Positions 62,256 to 64,000 of a stretch of 64,000 bases of DNA are shown here, in pieces. Both the position numbers and the translations under genes were made by a program. Under the pieces are notes generated by a model. It did not search any database and was not told the origin of the DNA. It saw only the letters and a program-made list of their open reading frames with translations. Source of the DNA: Rickettsiales bacterium. GTDB lineage: Bacteria > Pseudomonadota > Alphaproteobacteria > Rickettsiales > UBA1997. The stretch lies in NCBI GenBank assembly GCA_017999675.1, contig JAGNLL010000001.1, forward strand, positions 196,472-260,471. Reading direction: 5' to 3'. The first letter of the stretch is position 1. Each line of letters opens with the position of its first letter.

Positions 62256-62624
62256 CTACAAAACCTCCGAGGCTAATGATGCGATTTTTAAAAAATTTTG
62301 CTGCCTTACTTCGCGTGCCACCGGACCAAAAACACGAGTTGCGAGCGGCTCTCCATCTTTATCGACAAGAACCACGGCATTGTCATCAAACTTAACAAAA
62401 CTACCATCCGCTCTAACAATTTTGCTTTTTGTGCGAACGATCACACCTTTCGCCACTTGCCCTTTTTTTACTTTTGAACCTGGAATAACGCTAGTGATTG
62501 ACAAAACAATAATAGTGCCAATTCCAGTAATCATGTGGTCAGAACCACCCAAAACTTTAATACATCTAGCAGACTTGGCACCTGAGTTATCAGCCACGAC
62601 TAGATTTGTTTGCATTTGAATCAT
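62256..62624 (-). CDS. rplN: 50S ribosomal protein L14
   Basis: [16 protein letters not shown]...CIKVLGGS... Confidence 0.96.
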   Translation of the reverse strand: MIQMQTNLVVADNSGAKSARCIKVLGGSDHMITGIGTIIVLSITSVIPGSKVKKGQVAKGVIVRTKSKIVRADGSFVKFDDNAVVLVDKDGEPLATRVFGPVAREVRQQNFLKIASLASEVL

Positions 62625-62639
62625 TATTAAATCCCTAAA

Positions 62640-62855
62640 TTAATTAACCTTAAGAGCCCATCTCTTAGTCTTGGACAGGGGTCTTGAGCCGACAATTTCA
62701 ACCTCATCACCAACAGTCACTTTTTTACCTTGCGAGTCCACTAAGTATTTTTTGTGAACAGTAATGTATTTACCGTAACGAGGGTGTTTTTTAGATGTAG
62801 CTGAGAGAGCCTTAAAAGTCTTCTCATCAATGATGTTTAAAACCGTAACTTTCAT
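62640..62855 (-). CDS. rpsQ: 30S ribosomal protein S17
   Basis: 71 aa. HP.YGKY....KKY.V.D......GD.V.I...RPLSKTKRW. Confidence 0.94.
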   Translation of the reverse strand: MKVTVLNIIDEKTFKALSATSKKHPRYGKYITVHKKYLVDSQGKKVTVGDEVEIVGSRPLSKTKRWALKVN

Positions 62856-63037
62856 TATTTGGCAGCAGTCTTTTTGTTATTAAGTGTAGTAAAAAGTCGT
62901 GCGACTTCCTTTTTTTTATTTTTATAATCTTTTACAATAACCTCTTCTCCTGATGATGCTTTCATTCTCATCATCAAAAGCTCTTTTTTAAGAGCAGCTA
63001 TATTTGACAAAGCTATTTTTTTATCTTCTTTTTTCAT
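62855..63037 (-). CDS. rpmC: 50S ribosomal protein L29
   Basis: 60 aa, positioned between rplP and rpsQ. L..EL..MRMK and VARL.T pattern. Confidence 0.88.
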   Translation of the reverse strand: MKKEDKKIALSNIAALKKELLMMRMKASSGEEVIVKDYKNKKKEVARLFTTLNNKKTAAK

Positions 63038-63040
63038 GGC

Positions 63041-63454
63041 CTAGTTCTGATTAACGATTTTAGTTTTAAATGGCAGCTTTGCAGCAGCTTTTTGTAAAGA
63101 AACTAGAGCAGACACTTCATCAATTCCATCAATTTCAAAAATGATGCGACCTGGTTTGATTTTAGCGATATAGTATTCAACGTTACCTTTACCACTTCCC
63201 ATTCTTACCTCTGCAGGCTTCTGAGTCACTGGAGTGTGAGGAAAAACCATAATCCATAGTTTTCCGGCACGCTTCATATAACGAGTAATAACTTTTCTCG
63301 CAGATTCAATCTGTTTAGAAGTTAATTTGCCTGGCTCAAGAGCCTTTAGGCCACAAGATCCGAATTTAAGGCTATTGCCATTAGCAGCGGTTCCAAGAAT
63401 TTTTTTCCCGCCTTTCTGCGCCTTTCTATATTTTGTCTTTGCTGGAACTAGCAT
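63041..63454 (-). CDS. rplP: 50S ribosomal protein L16
   Basis: MLVPAKTKYRKAQKG...RMGSGKG..E.Y.A...PGRI.FE. Confidence 0.96.
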   Translation of the reverse strand: MLVPAKTKYRKAQKGGKKILGTAANGNSLKFGSCGLKALEPGKLTSKQIESARKVITRYMKRAGKLWIMVFPHTPVTQKPAEVRMGSGKGNVEYYIAKIKPGRIIFEIDGIDEVSALVSLQKAAAKLPFKTKIVNQN

Positions 63455-63463
63455 TTTTAAACT

Positions 63464-64000
63464 TTAGTTATTTGCTGTTTTTGACTTCTTCTCAATGAAG
63501 CCTTTATAAATCCACACCTTCACGCCAATTACGCCGTAAGTCGTGTAAGCATTTGCAATAGCATAATCGACATTACAACGCAGAGTGTGCAGAGGAACAG
63601 ATCCTTCTTTATACCATTCAGTTCTTGCGATTTCAGCTCCACCCAATCTTCCAGAGCAGCTTACTTTAATTCCAAGAGCGCCACTTTTCATGGCTGACTG
63701 CATAGATTTTTTCATTACTTTTTTGAAAGCAGCACGTCCTTCTAATTGCTTTGCAATGCTTTGAGCAACTAATGAAGAATTTGTGTCAGGCTTGTCAATC
63801 TCAACAATCTTTACATCAACTTTACAAGCGGCAATTTTTTCAACAGCTTGGTTGATTTTTTCAATATCCAAACCTTTTTTTCCGATAAGAACTCCGGGTT
63901 TAGAAGTTTTAATAATTAGATGAATTTTATCAGAAGGCCTTTCAATAACGACGCTTCCAATACCGCAATGAGAGTAGTTCTTTTTGATAAAGCTTCTGAT
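63464..64000 (-). CDS. rpsC: 30S ribosomal protein S3, C-terminal part (5' end outside window)
   Basis: GIKVSCSGRLGGAEIARTEWYKEGSVPLHTLR..DYA...A.T.YG..GVKVWIY. The frame stays open to the window edge. Confidence 0.93.
   Translation of the reverse strand: MRSFIKKNYSHCGIGSVVIERPSDKIHLIIKTSKPGVLIGKKGLDIEKINQAVEKIAACKVDVKIVEIDKPDTNSSLVAQSIAKQLEGRAAFKKVMKKSMQSAMKSGALGIKVSCSGRLGGAEIARTEWYKEGSVPLHTLRCNVDYAIANAYTTYGVIGVKVWIYKGFIEKKSKTANN

Noticed and set aside
1-64000. tRNA, rRNA, transposase, integrase, phage or cas genes
   Set aside because: No spacer apart from the tmRNA locus is long enough or shows cloverleaf features. No ORF has recombinase, transposase, capsid or Cas motifs that I could recognise.

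Overview
Chromosomal 64-kb window from a low-G+C (roughly 40% by eye) Gram-negative bacterium. It is most plausibly an alphaproteobacterium with a symbiont-like genome. The taxonomic evidence is: a circularly permuted two-piece tmRNA gene next to an SspB(alpha)-type adaptor gene; an spc/alpha ribosomal cluster ending secY-adk-rpsM-rpsK-rpoA-rplQ with no rpmJ, infA or rpsD; and pal, waaA, ubiquinone genes (ubiB, UbiH-family) and cbb3-oxidase assembly genes (ccoH-ccoI-ccoS). I call about 80 protein genes, mostly housekeeping (pepP, radA, fumC, tpiA, rnd, murE, pyrF, plsY, murC, xth, nth, metK, crcB, alr, ffh, acs, panD, rnpA, rpmH, 21 ribosomal-protein genes, secY, adk, rpoA), and one tmRNA. I found no tRNA, rRNA, CRISPR array, transposase or integrase. 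Two small genes missing from the ORF track were found by hand translation (ccoS, rpmH), plus a 5' gene fragment at the left edge. The most unusual content is the repeat landscape rather than a gene cluster. At least six unrelated families of G+C-rich long palindromic elements occupy 13 loci, all within the first 40 kb. Two copies of one family sit in frame inside protein-coding genes (aminopeptidase P and a 1126-aa Fe-S flavoprotein), as Rickettsia palindromic elements do. Two families show compensatory double substitutions that preserve the hairpin. Other items worth follow-up: (1) a two-gene cassette (class II Fic protein fused to a C-terminal MerR-type HTH, plus a convergent A+T-rich membrane protein) bracketed by an imperfect ~50-nt direct repeat between nth and metK; (2) a tmRNA tag with a tandemly duplicated ANDNF motif; (3) a stand-alone C-terminal half of carB; (4) an Acr3 arsenite-carrier gene broken by a 1-nt slip in a T run; (5) two small toxin-antitoxin-like pairs (DUF4160/DUF2442, BrnT/BrnA-like); (6) lineage-specific insertions in FumC and TpiA. 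All calls rest on reading the sequence and translations by eye; no searches were run.
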